A model generated the notes under the pieces. It searched no databases and was not told where the DNA came from. It saw nothing but the letters and a program-made list of their open reading frames with translations. A stretch of 64,000 bases of DNA from Perkinsus olseni (Eukaryota). A program made the position numbers and the translations under genes. The stretch lies in the NCBI GenBank assembly GCA_013115125.1, contig JABANN010000039.1, positions 1-64,000 of the forward strand, in the 5' to 3' direction. Shown piece by piece: positions 28,966 through 41,077 of this stretch; the first letter of the stretch is position 1, and each line of letters opens with the position of its first letter.

Positions 28966-30024
28966 AAGCGTGCTGGATTTCTCGTGGCTAGAAAGCCCGA
29001 CATAGGATTAGTTTGCGTCTCCCAAAATAGGATGCGTCAGGGAGCCCCGACTCGACGAGGCTATTCAAATTTCCCGAGCTTCTCTCGGGAGCTTCCACCC
29101 GCGTGTATCCTTCGGTGCCAGTATAACAGTGCCAGGGGTTAATGTTCTCAATAAGCGGATGGCTCTTGCATTAACACTATCTACGCTATTGCACCCACAT
29201 AGTAATAGATGGGAGTGATGGCAGTGGGCCTCGACAAAACAAGCGTAGGAAGCGTGATCGTCATTCAGTATTCCCGAGTGACTCCCATCAGTAAGTCTGT
29301 TGATGGACCAGCGATGGTAGGTGAATCGGCCTTGTAACAATGACCACCCTGTACGACCGCGCCGGGCTGAGACGAGTTACGAGCACCATCCTTCACTATC
29401 TGGACAGCAAGATGAGGGGTATGCCCGAAGACTGCCTGTCTGAGGTGTGGACGATGGCACACCCACAGGTGGAGGGCTGGAAAGGGCTAGCAGGATCTCC
29501 CTGTTCGCTGGTGTAGGGGGTGGGCATCCAGCTCTTCAGGGTGGAGTTTTGAACCTGCGCACTGTAACTTACGGCCCCCATCACAAGTTTTTCTGGAGAC
29601 TCGATCACGATGAAGAATCGCTCAAGTTGGTCCTAGCGGAGGATTTAGAGGGTACTGCTCTTTGTCTCCACACCACCGAGAAATTTCTATACGTATTGGG
29701 TGTTGGGAGTCACTTCTACCGCATTCCACGGTCTGCTGATTTCATCCCCGCCTTATCAAGGGGATAAAGTTTCACATTGCGGCCGTGGGGCGCTGACGAT
29801 CGAAGGGGAGATGATATACAATCTGCTACAAGTTGCGACAACGTCTTCATTTACGCAACTAAATGGGACTTTGAAGGAGTACGAGGCGAAATACTAGTGG
29901 AAATCGATGTTGAGAATGACATTGGCCGCTACGGGACCATAGGTCCAGAGGGTTTGAATGATGTCTCAGCGACCATCTTGAATGGGAAGGCTGCCGTATT
30001 CTGGGTGGACGGTGAGCATCCCCG

Positions 30025-30116
30025 TACCCAAGGCTGACCATACCCAAGGTTGACCATACCCAAGGCTGACCATACCTAAGGCTTGACCATACCCAAGGTT
30101 GACCATACCCAAGGCT
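30025..30116 (+). repeat. Tandem repeat, 16-bp unit TACCCAAGG(C/T)TGACCA, about 5.7 copies
   Basis: Units start at 30025, 30041, 30057, 30073 (17-bp variant), 30090 and 30106 (partial). Confidence 0.95.
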
Positions 30117-30843
30117 CTCGAGTGCGGGCACAACTCGACCAAGGCGAAGTGGGCGCTCTTGATTTCACCGGCGGTGCGAGGATCACTATGGAGTCCTCCA
30201 AAAAGGTATTAAGTTCTTTGGCTAACCGATGTCGCACTCCGGCCGATGTCTGCCTCGTTCTCCTTGGACTTAGAGTCGACAGTGCTCTGACAATGTCTTC
30301 GCACTTCGATCATGCTCTGAAGCAAGTCTCCATCAGAACGGCCCAACAACTTCGCCTACGATCGCTTCTTGACACTTCGCAACTTGCTAGATGCTACAAG
30401 CAGTACTGCATATTCCTAGAGTATGGTATGCCTGGCTTCATTCATGCAAGCGAGGCTCAACTTCGCAGGCTTGACCCTTGCCAGGACCGCTTTGTTGAAC
30501 TTACCGGTTGCTCGCTACCGTCTCTGGGTTGGCGCCGCCACGTTGGCATGATGTGTTGGCTTTACAAGATAGTTGTGTTGAAGCGCGGTTCACCTTCCCT
30601 ACAAGCGCGGTTTGTCGTCACGACTAGCCGAGACGGTTACAGTACACGCTTGAAGCCTCGGTTGCACCCATACCAGCTGGCCGTGGCAGAACGACAAAAC
30701 GACTTGGCAATCTATCGGCGCTGGTGCCGTGTTCTCGATTCTTGGAATTCGCTGCCTCCATATGTCTTCCCCGAAGAACACAACAGACTCGAGTCTTTCA
30801 AACATGCTGTATCATTGCTTGACCTTTTTTTGTAAAAGAAATC
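30117..30843 (+). mobile_element. 5'-truncated non-LTR retrotransposon (LINE) 3' end: RT thumb and C-terminal region
   Basis: ORF has 'LLGLRVDSALTMSSH', 'LARCYK...LEYG', 'LPSLGWRR...WLYKI', 'YSTR..HPYQL', 'WNSLP' and 'LESFK', typical of CR1/L2/Jockey-group ORF2 C-termini; short A-rich tail after the stop. Confidence 0.85.
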
Positions 30844-32665
30844 TCTCACCGTGAGTAACCAGGTCGGCTGGCTCGGGTAGCGGGTACCTTATGATATTTA
30901 CGCCAGGCCCGATGGTGGTTTATGGGCTGTGTTAGATACTGCGAAGGAGGCCCTCGTAGAGGTCTGGAAGCCTGCCTTCGAGCCTAAACCACACAGGCTG
31001 ATCATGATGCGCCGTCTCGTTCCTACTACCACACAGGAATGACAGACTGCCAGTCACGGTCTCTTCCGCTTTTTACTAGTTTCTGGATTCATTTGGGGCG
31101 TCATGTTAGTCAATTTAAACGGTTCAGTCTTTGTTCTTTCTACCTAAGGGGTCATGGCTCGTCGTATTATCTTTCGCTATCGTCTTATGAAAGATGCCGC
31201 CATCGGATGAGGTTGGCACGACAGGTGTCAACTGTGTGATCACGTCCTACCGCTTGTGAGAGACTTCCGGAGGTCGGCAGAAGCTCAAGTGTCCTAATTT
31301 CATGTCTCAGTGGCCTCAGGCGCCGACGAAGGGCAAAGCGGAGGTCAGTTCCCCATGAGAGAAGTCCGAAGACGCCATCAACGTCGCCGTTCCGCCCCTC
31401 TAAGAGGGGGCTCTCTTCATACTTCCTCGTGGTCGCAGCGGTCCGTTGAACCGAAACTTGTGACCAGTGGAGGTTCTTGCTCCATGAATGCTTTGCCGAG
31501 TTGACTGGGGTGGAGGGTGATCGATAAGTAGCTCGTAATATGAGCCTGGTGGTTTATGGGCAACTCTGGCGCCGCCTGGCGCTGCGGCGCTGGAAGCCAA
31601 TTTTAGAGTTCAGGGCGAACGCACAGATGAACTCCATCACCTGATATCTGCATCAGTTTTTCCTAGTGGTTTCCGGAATCGGTTGGGCAGTCGTGTTAAT
31701 CACTCTGCATGCGCTGGTTTGTCGAGTCCCATCCATGACCAGTTCATGAGAGGACTCACCATCCTGCCACAGGCGTGGCTGAGTCTATCCACTTTGTTGC
31801 CTTCGAGAGCTGCTCCGAATCGACACACGAGATGCAATAGTAGGCTTGGCTTGTAATCTAGTTGTAGCTCCTAATACAACCCCAAAGGAGGTGCCGGTGA
31901 TGCTTCAACTTCTGTTGCTGTTCGAGTTGTGAGCGAGGAGCAGTGCTGCCTCCTCACGAATGTTGTTCAGCCCTCCAGTCCTGATTCGGCAAATTGAGGA
32001 ATGTGACGAGATCTAAAGTCATGAAGGTCACCAGCGGATGTCTGCTTGTGTTGAGTTGTGCGAAAGCGCGTGTGCGTGGTACCCTCGGGATGGGTGTGCT
32101 GTGCTGTCTTGCACACTATCGCCCATCACAGTCACACTTCGCAGCTAGCGGAGCTCTTATCTATTGAAGTACCCCACAGTTACATAGTTTAACGAGGTCT
32201 CGCGTTACGCGAGTCGCGTAACTGATTGTCATTTGCCATCTTGGCTTGAGACCGTGGTGTCGCATAAGAAACTTTGCGCTCGATTTCGACTATCTTTCCG
32301 CATTCCAAAATGGGATACGTTGGGGCTATTTAACTTCCCAAGATTTCTCTCGTTGGGAGCTCCCACCTGCCTGCAACCTTCGCTGCTGGAAAGGGGTACA
32401 TTCGGTCGACAGTAAAATATGCAAGTCGCTACACGTGCAACTTGCACGGTGTAAGTGTTGTTGGAGCATGTTCCCAGTACTCGGATGACTTCCGTATTAA
32501 TACTATTGGGTATTCGATAATCAGTGATGGCACTGCGCCTGTATGGGACAAGCGAACTTCGCTTTCCTCAGGAAAGTGTGTGCTTCGTTCAATATTCTTG
32601 AGTTCTTTGTTTCAACGGGCGTCTAATGGTGGATTGACGGCGGTAGGTGAAATCGCTTCGTATCA

Positions 32666-33715
32666 ATGACAGCCCTATGCGACCATGCCGAGCTGAGACG
32701 GGTTACATGCGGCATCCTTCATTATCTCGACAGCAAGATGAGGGGTATGCCGCAAGACTGCTTGTCGGAGGTATGGACGATGGCGCACCCACAGGTTGAG
32801 GGGCTGGAGAGGGCTAGCAGGATCTCCTTGTACGCTCAAGAAGGGGATGCCCTTCCAGCTTTGCAGGGTCGAGTTTTGGACTTGCTCACCTTAACCCATA
32901 ACCCTATTCATACTTTCTTCTGGAGACTCGATTACCATGAAGAATCGCTCAAGTTGGTCCTCGCGGAGGGTATGCAGGGTACTGCCCTTTGCCTTCACAC
33001 TACGGAGGAGTTCCTATACGTTTTGTGTGAAGAGGGTCACTTCTACCGCATTCCACGGTCCGGCGATTTCGTCCCCCACTTATCCGAGGAGTATCGTTTC
33101 TAACTGCGACCGTGGGGCGATGACGATCGAAGGAGAGATGCTATATCCTTTGCTACGAGTTGCGACAACACCTTCATCTACGCGGCTACAACTGACTTGG
33201 ACAGAGACCGAAGCGCCATCCTAGTGGAGATCGATGTTAAGCACGACGTTGGCCGATACAGGACTATATACTCCGGGGAGGTGCATCCTCCTTCAGCAAC
33301 GATCTTGAATGGGAAAGCTACCCTATTCTGGCTGGATGGTTGGCATCCCCGTAATGCATACAAGTGGACCCGTGGTGGTGGTGGTCCCGGCTCCAAGGAC
33401 ACCTTCGCTCTATTCCATCAACATCATGCAGTGGAGTTCACATCCCTCACCCTGAGCAACCGGGTCGGCTGGCTCGGCGTCGGGTCGCTGCTACAAGAGA
33501 GGGTCTGGCAAGTGGATCTCGCCACTGAGGCCATCCTTGCCGTCTTCCAAAGTTCATTCGAACCTTATGGAATCCGCGCCAGACCCGATGGTGGTTTGTG
33601 GGCAGATCTATTAAAGGATTCGAAGGAGGTCCTCATAGAGGTTTGGAAACCCGTGTTCGAGCCTAGGCCACACAAGCCGATCATGATGCGCCGTATTGTT
33701 CCTACTACCACATAG
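32666..33715 (+). pseudogene. Tandem family copy C, full length with a single in-frame TAA (33101-33103)
   Basis: ORFs 32666-33103 and 33197-33715 share a frame; TAA stands where copy A has TCA. Confidence 0.85.
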
Positions 33716-34641
33716 GACTGACTATCTCTCCCGCTTTTCTACAAGTTTCCGCATTCCTTCGGAGCGTCATGTTAGCCAATCTGGGGTCGTCGGTGTTGGT
33801 GTGGACCACACCGCGTGGTCACAAACTTGGTGATTCAGGAAGTCATGACCAGAACTATTCAAAACTGTCTTATCACGAGAAATGGAGTGCTCGGATGGGA
33901 TTAAAATGACAGTCGCCAACTACATGATCACACTGGTCAATTCTCCCCGCTGCACCAATTGTGAGATTTCTTGGACTCAGAGCATCCTCTGAGTGCGATG
34001 GTCATAGACTGCTGAAGGTGAGCGAAGGCTTAAAAACGTCTCGTAAGTTCGCTCACCGTGTCACCTGCATCTGGGGCTGTCGATGGTCAGAGCAGCCCTT
34101 GAGACAAACCTACAGATGCCACCAACATCCCCTTTCTGCCATCCTTACACTTACTCGTGGCACTTCATCTTCCGTTGAACGAAAATTTCGTGACCAGTGG
34201 AGGTTCTGTCTGCATACACGGTTCGTGGAGAAAAAGAGGACAGGGGAATGGTCTATGTCTACCTTCATTGCCCACGAGATCCGCTACAACGCAGTCGCTG
34301 TCGCGGGTTGACGCTCCGTGCAATACATGGATGTCCCCAAGTTACACGGCACGTGCGAGGGGTTCCTGACTGGCGTAACGACAGGGAGCGAGCTTACTCC
34401 CCAACAATATCGCCTTTTTGGTGACAGCGCAATCATCCCTATGCGAAAATGCCCACCCTCGATAGGTCACTGAGCAAATCTGCATTGTTTGAATGGGGGA
34501 TGAGTCGTGTCCTTCCTGCACAGAGCAAAACTTCAGTTCGCCGGAAGCCTGCGTCAATCGAAGACAGGGCGGCGCCCTCTTTTCATCGTTGGGAATTCCA
34601 GAATTACCACATTCGGTAGGAAGCTACTCGACTTGATTACA

Positions 34642-34684
34642 ATGACCACCCTATGCGATCGCACCGAGCTGAGACGGGTTACGA
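34642..34684 (+). pseudogene. Tandem family copy D, 5' stub only
   Basis: atgaccaccctatgcgatcgcaccgagctgagacgggttacga, then homology ends. Confidence 0.8.
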
Positions 34685-35356
34685 CTCGTAACCTGTATTC
34701 TGGCTCGATCAAGTTATGCATACAAGTGGGCACGTTGTCGTTGTCGTCCCGGCTCCGAGGACAGATGTACTCCCTTCCTTCAACATCACAAATAAAGGGA
34801 TGTTATGTACTTCACTGCAAATGCTATTGAGCCTTCCAGTGTTGAAGATGCACGCTCCTTCACCTTTTGATGAGGGAAGGGGTTATCATTTGCCGACAGT
34901 ATAACATGCACATCACCACGCTTGGTTGTGTTGTCGGTTTCCATGTTCTTAGTAGTCGTGAGCTTTCCGTATTAATACTGTTGGGTAGTCGATAGTAGTG
35001 ATGACACTTCTGTAAGTACAACACGCCCCCAGTAAGGCGTCTAGCATACGATCAGCTCCTTCCAGCTTACGGACTTGGCGGGTGGGGCCCCTTCACAGCA
35101 ATGTCATCAGTCGGGCGTATGATATGCAGACCTGGCGTGCCAAGCCGCTACGCATGTTATTGTTGTTGGAGGTGGTGCTCACAGTACTCGGATGACGCAC
35201 TCGCACAATCCTATTGCGTACTCGATGATCAGTGCTGGCACTGTGCCTTCGTAACGCAACCGAGGAAAATGTGTCCTAACCTTCCTCGACATTCAACACT
35301 CTCACGGACATGGCTGATGATGGATTGACGGCGGTAGGTTAGTCGGCTTTGTATCA

Positions 35357-36443
35357 ATGACCACCCTGTACGACCGCGCCGAGCTGAGACGAGTTACGAG
35401 CACCATCCTTCACTGTCTCGACAGCAAGATGAGGGGTATGCCCGAAGACTGCCTGGTGAAGGTATGGACTATGGCGCACCCACAGGTCGAGGGGTTCGAG
35501 AGGGCTAGCAGGATCTGTGTGTTCGCCGAAAAAGGGGATGGGTCTCCAGCTCTCGATGGTGGAGTCTTGGACCTGCGCACTAAGACTCATCGCCAAGGCA
35601 CATCAAGTGATAGCTTTTTTTGGAGACTCGATTACGACGAAGAATCGCTCAAGTTGGTTCTTGCAGAGGGTCCATACGGTGATGCCGTTTGTGTTCACAC
35701 TACGGATGATTTCCTATACGTATTTAGTAGTTGGGATGACTTTCATCGCTTTCCACGGTCCCTTGGTTTCATCCGCGAGGAATATGATCTAGCTGGGGGG
35801 GGGGGGCCGAAGTGGAGGGGATAGCTTCTTACTGCGGCCGTGGTCTGCAGACGATCGAAGGAGGCATGCTATCTCCTCTGCTACCAGTTGTGACAACGCC
35901 TACATCTACGCGACTACTAACTTCTGGGAAGGAAGCAACATCCTGGTGGAGATCGATGTTAAGCACGATATTGGCCGCTGTAGGACCATACAGTCTGTAG
36001 ATTTGTACCCTGTTTCAGCTACGATGCTGAATGGGAAGGCTACCCTATTCTGGCTGGATGGCAGCCATCCCCGTAATGCCTACAAGTGGTCCCGTGGTCG
36101 TGGTGGTCCCGGCGCCGAGGACAGCTGCACGCCCTTCCTTCAACATCATGGAGTGGAGTTCTCTGCCCTCACCGTGAGCAATCAGATCGGCTGGCTCGGC
36201 GTCTTGTTGACGGAAGAAGAGCGGTTCTGGCAAGTGGACCTCATCACTGAGACCATCCTCGCTGTCTTCCAGAGTCCATCCGAGCCTTATGATATTTGCG
36301 CCAGACCCGATGGCGGTTTGTGGGCAGTTCTACTGACGGACTCGAATGAGGTCCTCGTAGAGGTTTGGAAGCCTGTTCTCGAGCCTAGGCCACACAAGCC
36401 GATCATGATGCGTCGTATCGTTCCTACTACCACACAGAGCTGA
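35357..36443 (+). CDS. Tandem family copy E, full length with one frameshift at a G12 run (35795-35806)
   Basis: Removing one G joins ORF 35357 to the open frame ending at 36443 with no other stop; it may be intact if the run is a homopolymer error. Confidence 0.75.
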
Positions 36444-37170
36444 CCGTCTTTTCCGCTTCTTTACTAGTTTCCGAACTTGTTGGGGTCGTCATGTTAGTTA
36501 ATCTGAACGGTTCAGTGTTATTTGTTCCTACCTGAGGGGTCATGGCTCGTCGTACTATCTTCCGGTATCTTCTTATGAGAGATGCCGCCCTCGGATGAGG
36601 TTGTCGCAACAGGTGTCAACTGTATGATCACGTCCTGCCACTTGTGAGAGATCTCCGGAGGTGACGGAAGCTCCTCGAACCACTTACCGTGTCACTTGCG
36701 TGGGGCGCCACAGTGGCGCCGCCACTGGTGGTCAAAGCGGAGATGCATCCCATAACTCATCCCTCTCCTTGCGTACTGACGAATGTCCATGGTGATTCTT
36801 TGAAAGGAACTCTATCATGGAGTCTCTATAACCATTGAATGTTCGGTCTGTATACGGGCTCGTTCGTCCGGTTAGGGAGGGATTTAATCGAGATCTTCGC
36901 TGCGTGGGAGTCTGCAACACGGTTGTGGCTGATGTGGCGTGACCCTCATGTTATTCGGCATATACGAGGAGGTCCTGACTGACGATATGTGAGGAAATCT
37001 CTCTGCGATGGGCGGCCTTCTCTAGACAGCCTAAGTCACCGAGCCGACCTGGATTGTTGAATCGGTTTACGCGGTCATCTTCCGCCCAGAAAGAGTTTCA
37101 GCAGTACATACCTGAAGTTCAGTTCAACGATGGCTTGTGTTGGGCGGAGGCAATGCAACACCCTCTTTTT

Positions 37171-37625
37171 ATAGGGCGCTACAGAATCATACAGTCTGAG
37201 CGTTTGACGGATGGCTCGGCGACGATCTTAAATGGGAAGGCTGCCCTATTCTTGCTGGATGGTAGCCATCCCCGTAATGCCTACAAGTGGACCCGTGCTC
37301 GTGGTGGTAGCGGATCCAAGGACAAATGCACCCCCTTTCTTGATCGTTCCAATGTAAAGTTCGCAATGGTCAGAGTGAGCAAGGACATTAGCAGGCTGAC
37401 CACCGCCGCCTGTCGACCTAGAGGTCGATAGTTTCGGTAGGTGGGTAGGCACCTCATCGCCGAGAACGTTCTCGCTGTGTTCAAAGCGCCAGCGGGGCTC
37501 TATGAATTTCACCCCAGAGTGGCCTGGCGATCTGAACGGAATGGTGGCGGAGGTCTGGAGGCCGGTGCTTGCGTCCAAAGCGAACCCGCAGATGATGATT
37601 CGCCGTGCCATCAACTTGTTGTTGA
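37171..37625 (+). pseudogene. Tandem family copy F, degraded 3' half
   Basis: IGRYRIIQS...SATILNGKAALFLLDGSHPRNAYKWTR, followed by frameshifts. Confidence 0.8.
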
Positions 37626-38291
37626 TTGCCGTGATGGCTTGAGGGACGCTGCTCGGAAATCATTCGAAACGTCACCACGGGCGTACCAGAATATGCCAGT
37701 CCGTAGGGGCACGCCCAGCTCATGATTCCTGCGTCACGTCACATGACGCGAGACAGCGTCTAAAATGATGCGACTGATGAGACGAGGCAGATGTAGCTCA
37801 TGATACCGCTCGGATTTCATTTCGTACGACGGTTTTACCTATTTGGTGTCCCCTACACTCTTATGCTGGTTCTACAGTGCCCTCACAGGCCGGAGTAGGG
37901 TGCTGCGTCACCGGACTAGAGAAGGGAGCGTTCGTCCACGGTACTTGTAACGTATCGAAGAAGTACCTGCAACGTTTTTCCAGGCTACAGGGACCCAAGA
38001 CGACCCCGTTGCCCAATTTAATATGTCGTCGCAAGTTTACAGGAAAGTCATTAGGCTCGTTTGGAAAGTCGCATTCGGAACCTTCTCTTCGAATATGATG
38101 CTCGCGACGCGCCGCCATCGGCGGCAGCATGGTACCCTCCCCATTCCGTCATGAAATTTTTGCCGGGAAACACCTTTCATCAAGCGAGCAAAATGTGTGC
38201 GTGCTTCTCTCGACATTCAATATTCCCGAGTGGCTTTCACGGGCATGTCCAATGATGTATCAACGTTAGTAGCTGAGTCGGCTTCATAACA

Positions 38292-38830
38292 ATGACCACC
38301 CTATGCAACCGCGCCGAGCTGAGGCGGGTCTCCAGCAGCATCCTTCATTATCTCGACAGCAAGATGAGGGGCATGCCCGAAGACTGCCTGCTGGAGGTAT
38401 GGACTATGGCGCACCCACTGGTTGAGGGGCTGGAGAGGGCTAGCAGGATATGTGTCAGCTGCAGTCCCGGAATCCTGACCTCTAGAACTCAATGCCATGA
38501 GGGATTAGTGGAAATGAGAACTAGTAACCATAAACTTTAGTAGTACAGAGCGCTACGGGACTATAGCGTGGGGGCGCTAGAGGGACAGCTCCATAGCACC
38601 AGCTTTGTGTGCTATGATACGGAATCTCTTGGACGGTGACAGCACCTCACATATGCCTGTTCGCTCACGGAGGGTATGGGAAACTAGCTCTCCAGGGTGG
38701 AGTTCTCGACCTGCTCACTACGACTCAGAACCCCGATCATATTTTCTTCTGGCGACTCGATTACGACGAAGAATCGCTCAAGTTGGCCTTTGCGGAGGAC
38801 ATGGGCAGTGGTGCCACTTGTCTTCACTTC
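38292..38830 (+). pseudogene. Tandem family copy G, 5' part, interrupted by a solo LTR and truncated
   Basis: Family N-terminus; removing 38453-38655 restores R-I-C-L-F-A-H-G-G...FFWRLDYDEESLKL. Confidence 0.85.
38453..38651. mobile_element. Putative solo LTR (199 bp, TG...CA termini, 4-bp target duplication TATG)
   Basis: gga-TATG-[TGTCAG...CCTCACA]-TATG-cctg; absent from the paralogous copies. Confidence 0.72.
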
Positions 38831-40276
38831 CGCTTTTCTACTAGTTTATCGATTCGTTCGGACTTTTATGTTAGTCAATTTGAACGGCTCAGTGTCGCAT
38901 CTTCAGGGAATCCTACTTCGTTGTCTCATGTTTCACGATTTTCGCATGGAATACGTTGGCATTCGATGAGTTTGGCACGACAGTTTTCAACTTCATGACT
39001 ATGTCCCGCCACTCGTGAGAGATTTCCGGAGGTGGGTAAGATCTCAAGTCTCGTCAAAAGCTCAGGCGGAGTGGAGGTCAATTCTCCACTAGGGAAGCCC
39101 AAAAATACCATCATCGCCTTTTCGCCTCCTTCGTACTCACTCACCGTCATAGCGGCTCGTTGAACGGAAGTTTGTTCCCGGTGCAGATTCGTGCTGCGTC
39201 GAGGGTTTGTCGAGTTGACTGGGGAGCGGGATGGTCGATGTCTATCTCGTAGGATGAGGTACGGTAATCCGCTACAGCGCTGCCACTGGCGAGGAGTGAC
39301 GCTTCATGCGGTACACGGGGATCCGCAATTAACTTGGCGTTTATGTGGAGCCGCAGGGAGCTAGCTTACTCCCCACAAGATCGTAGTTTGTATGACAGCG
39401 CATTGCTTCCTATGTGAAAGGCCTACCCTCGATAAGTCACAGAATAAATCTGGATAACAAAAGCAGCATTCGCTGTTTTTTCTCCAACTCCGTCACATAT
39501 CCTTCTTGGGGCTCTGAAAATTGCCCTAGATACTCATGATTTCTCTAGGCAGGTGAAAGCGGCTCGCCACTGTGGTGATGGCTTGCGACGCCTCGAGATG
39601 TGTGGGTTGGGAAAGAAGACTAGACAAGGGAAGGGTAGCGGAGACGTGATGAGCAATTTGCCGTCTTGACGAGAGCTGTACTTGCCAGAAGTCGTAGAAT
39701 CGTTCTTAATAGTCGTAATCATCGAATAGGTAAGGATTCATTACTCTCTATGAGCTCATCATACTTATACTCCCTCGTTCCGCCAACTATTATGTCCTCC
39801 AGTAGCACTTGGTCTGCGTTGCTTTCAATCAGGTATGAGTGTAAACAATCCTACATCGAGATTTCATAGCGTGTAACAGTTTCGTGTTATGACACTTTGG
39901 GGCGCACTACGAGCCGCTCACAATGTGAGTTTTGACTCGGCCTATAGAACGCATAGAAACAACAATCCCCATGCCGCTGCCCATGTGTGAGTTCGGCGCA
40001 CCACGCTGAAGAACACTCCGAACGCAAAGCCTTTGCGGCAAAGGCGAATACAAGTGTTTCATAAACTTTTGAGAAGTGGTTCAAACCAACTGTGCCATCT
40101 GGGCCGCGCATGCAACTTCGGTGGTTGCACCGCCCATGAAGTGAATGGCGTTCGGAAATCTTTGAGCTACAAAATCGAAATCTACAGAAAGTGAGATCTG
40201 AGAAAGCGGCATCCTAACGATGCACTCAGACGCTATGAATCGGGGTATCAGCGGTAGACCTCTCTGAGCAGCCTCT

Positions 40277-41077
40277 TCAATATATACATATGTTGTCGCC
40301 CGGACAGAGTGCGTCACGAGGCGGAAGCGGTTTTCCTTCATTACTCAAGGTCAAGACGTCGAGCCCAAAATGCGCATAGATGGTGTCGAATCCGACAAAG
40401 CTAACCTTCCAAATGACGACGCGGGGGACGATGTCGCAGATGTCTCCGAGCGCTTCGTCGAATCGCTCTCGCTTGTCAAAGGGGCGTACCTGATGCCCTC
40501 CAAATAACTTGGCATACTCTTTCCCGTTGACGGTGAATGTAGCACGGGCACCATGGATGTTGCCACACTGGACATCTATATTCAACTGCCCATCACCGTA
40601 AACGACGAGGGTTATGTTATAACGGCTATTTGTGGGCTCAGCATACTCAAATACACCTGGGGTTGGGTCATGTTCGACCCTCTTGAACTCGATCTTTCGA
40701 CCCTCAAAAGTAGTAGAGAGAAAATCGAACGCCTCGAAGGTCAGTACGCTCAAATCCGCGAGCAAGATATCAGCTTCCGGGAGGAGAGAGCGAATGCCGA
40801 TGTGCCAAAGAGTAACCCCTTCGAACAGACCCGCTTCGAGTACAACTTCGTCAACGAGGGTGTAGGTACCAGGACCACCGGAAAGAGGGAAGGGCATGCC
40901 GACGAAGGGCTCCTTGCCAGGCACCTCGAAGGTTAATACAACATTGTTGTCCTTGTCAATGTCGAAGGTCATTTTCCAGCGTCCCGCATCTTGGACGAAT
41001 GTGCCGGTTCTCGTAAAAGCCGCGACGACCACCAATAGCTGAGCAGCTGTAAGCCAAGTCGAGAGGAGGTTCAGCAT
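40277..41077 (-). CDS. Intronless putative secreted protein with two beta-rich repeated domains
   Basis: Signal-like MLNLLSTWLTAAQLLVVVAA; the halves begin 'TGTFVQ..KMTFDI' and 'PGVFEY..NITLVV'; open ORF. Confidence 0.7.
   Translation of the reverse strand: MLNLLSTWLTAAQLLVVVAAFTRTGTFVQDAGRWKMTFDIDKDNNVVLTFEVPGKEPFVGMPFPLSGGPGTYTLVDEVVLEAGLFEGVTLWHIGIRSLLPEADILLADLSVLTFEAFDFLSTTFEGRKIEFKRVEHDPTPGVFEYAEPTNSRYNITLVVYGDGQLNIDVQCGNIHGARATFTVNGKEYAKLFGGHQVRPFDKRERFDEALGDICDIVPRVVIWKVSFVGFDTIYAHFGLDVLTLSNEGKPLPPRDALCPGDNICIY

Larger units (their letters stand above)
29340..31041 (+). pseudogene. Tandem family copy B, frameshifted and split by a LINE insertion (30025-30843)
   Basis: ATG at 29340 with the family N-terminus; homology stops at 30024 and resumes near 30844 (ctcaccgtgagtaaccagg) up to ...IMMRRLVPTTTQE. 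Confidence 0.85.

Noticed and set aside
30025-30116. CRISPR-like array
   Set aside because: The units are contiguous with no unique spacers, there are no cas genes, and the context is eukaryotic.
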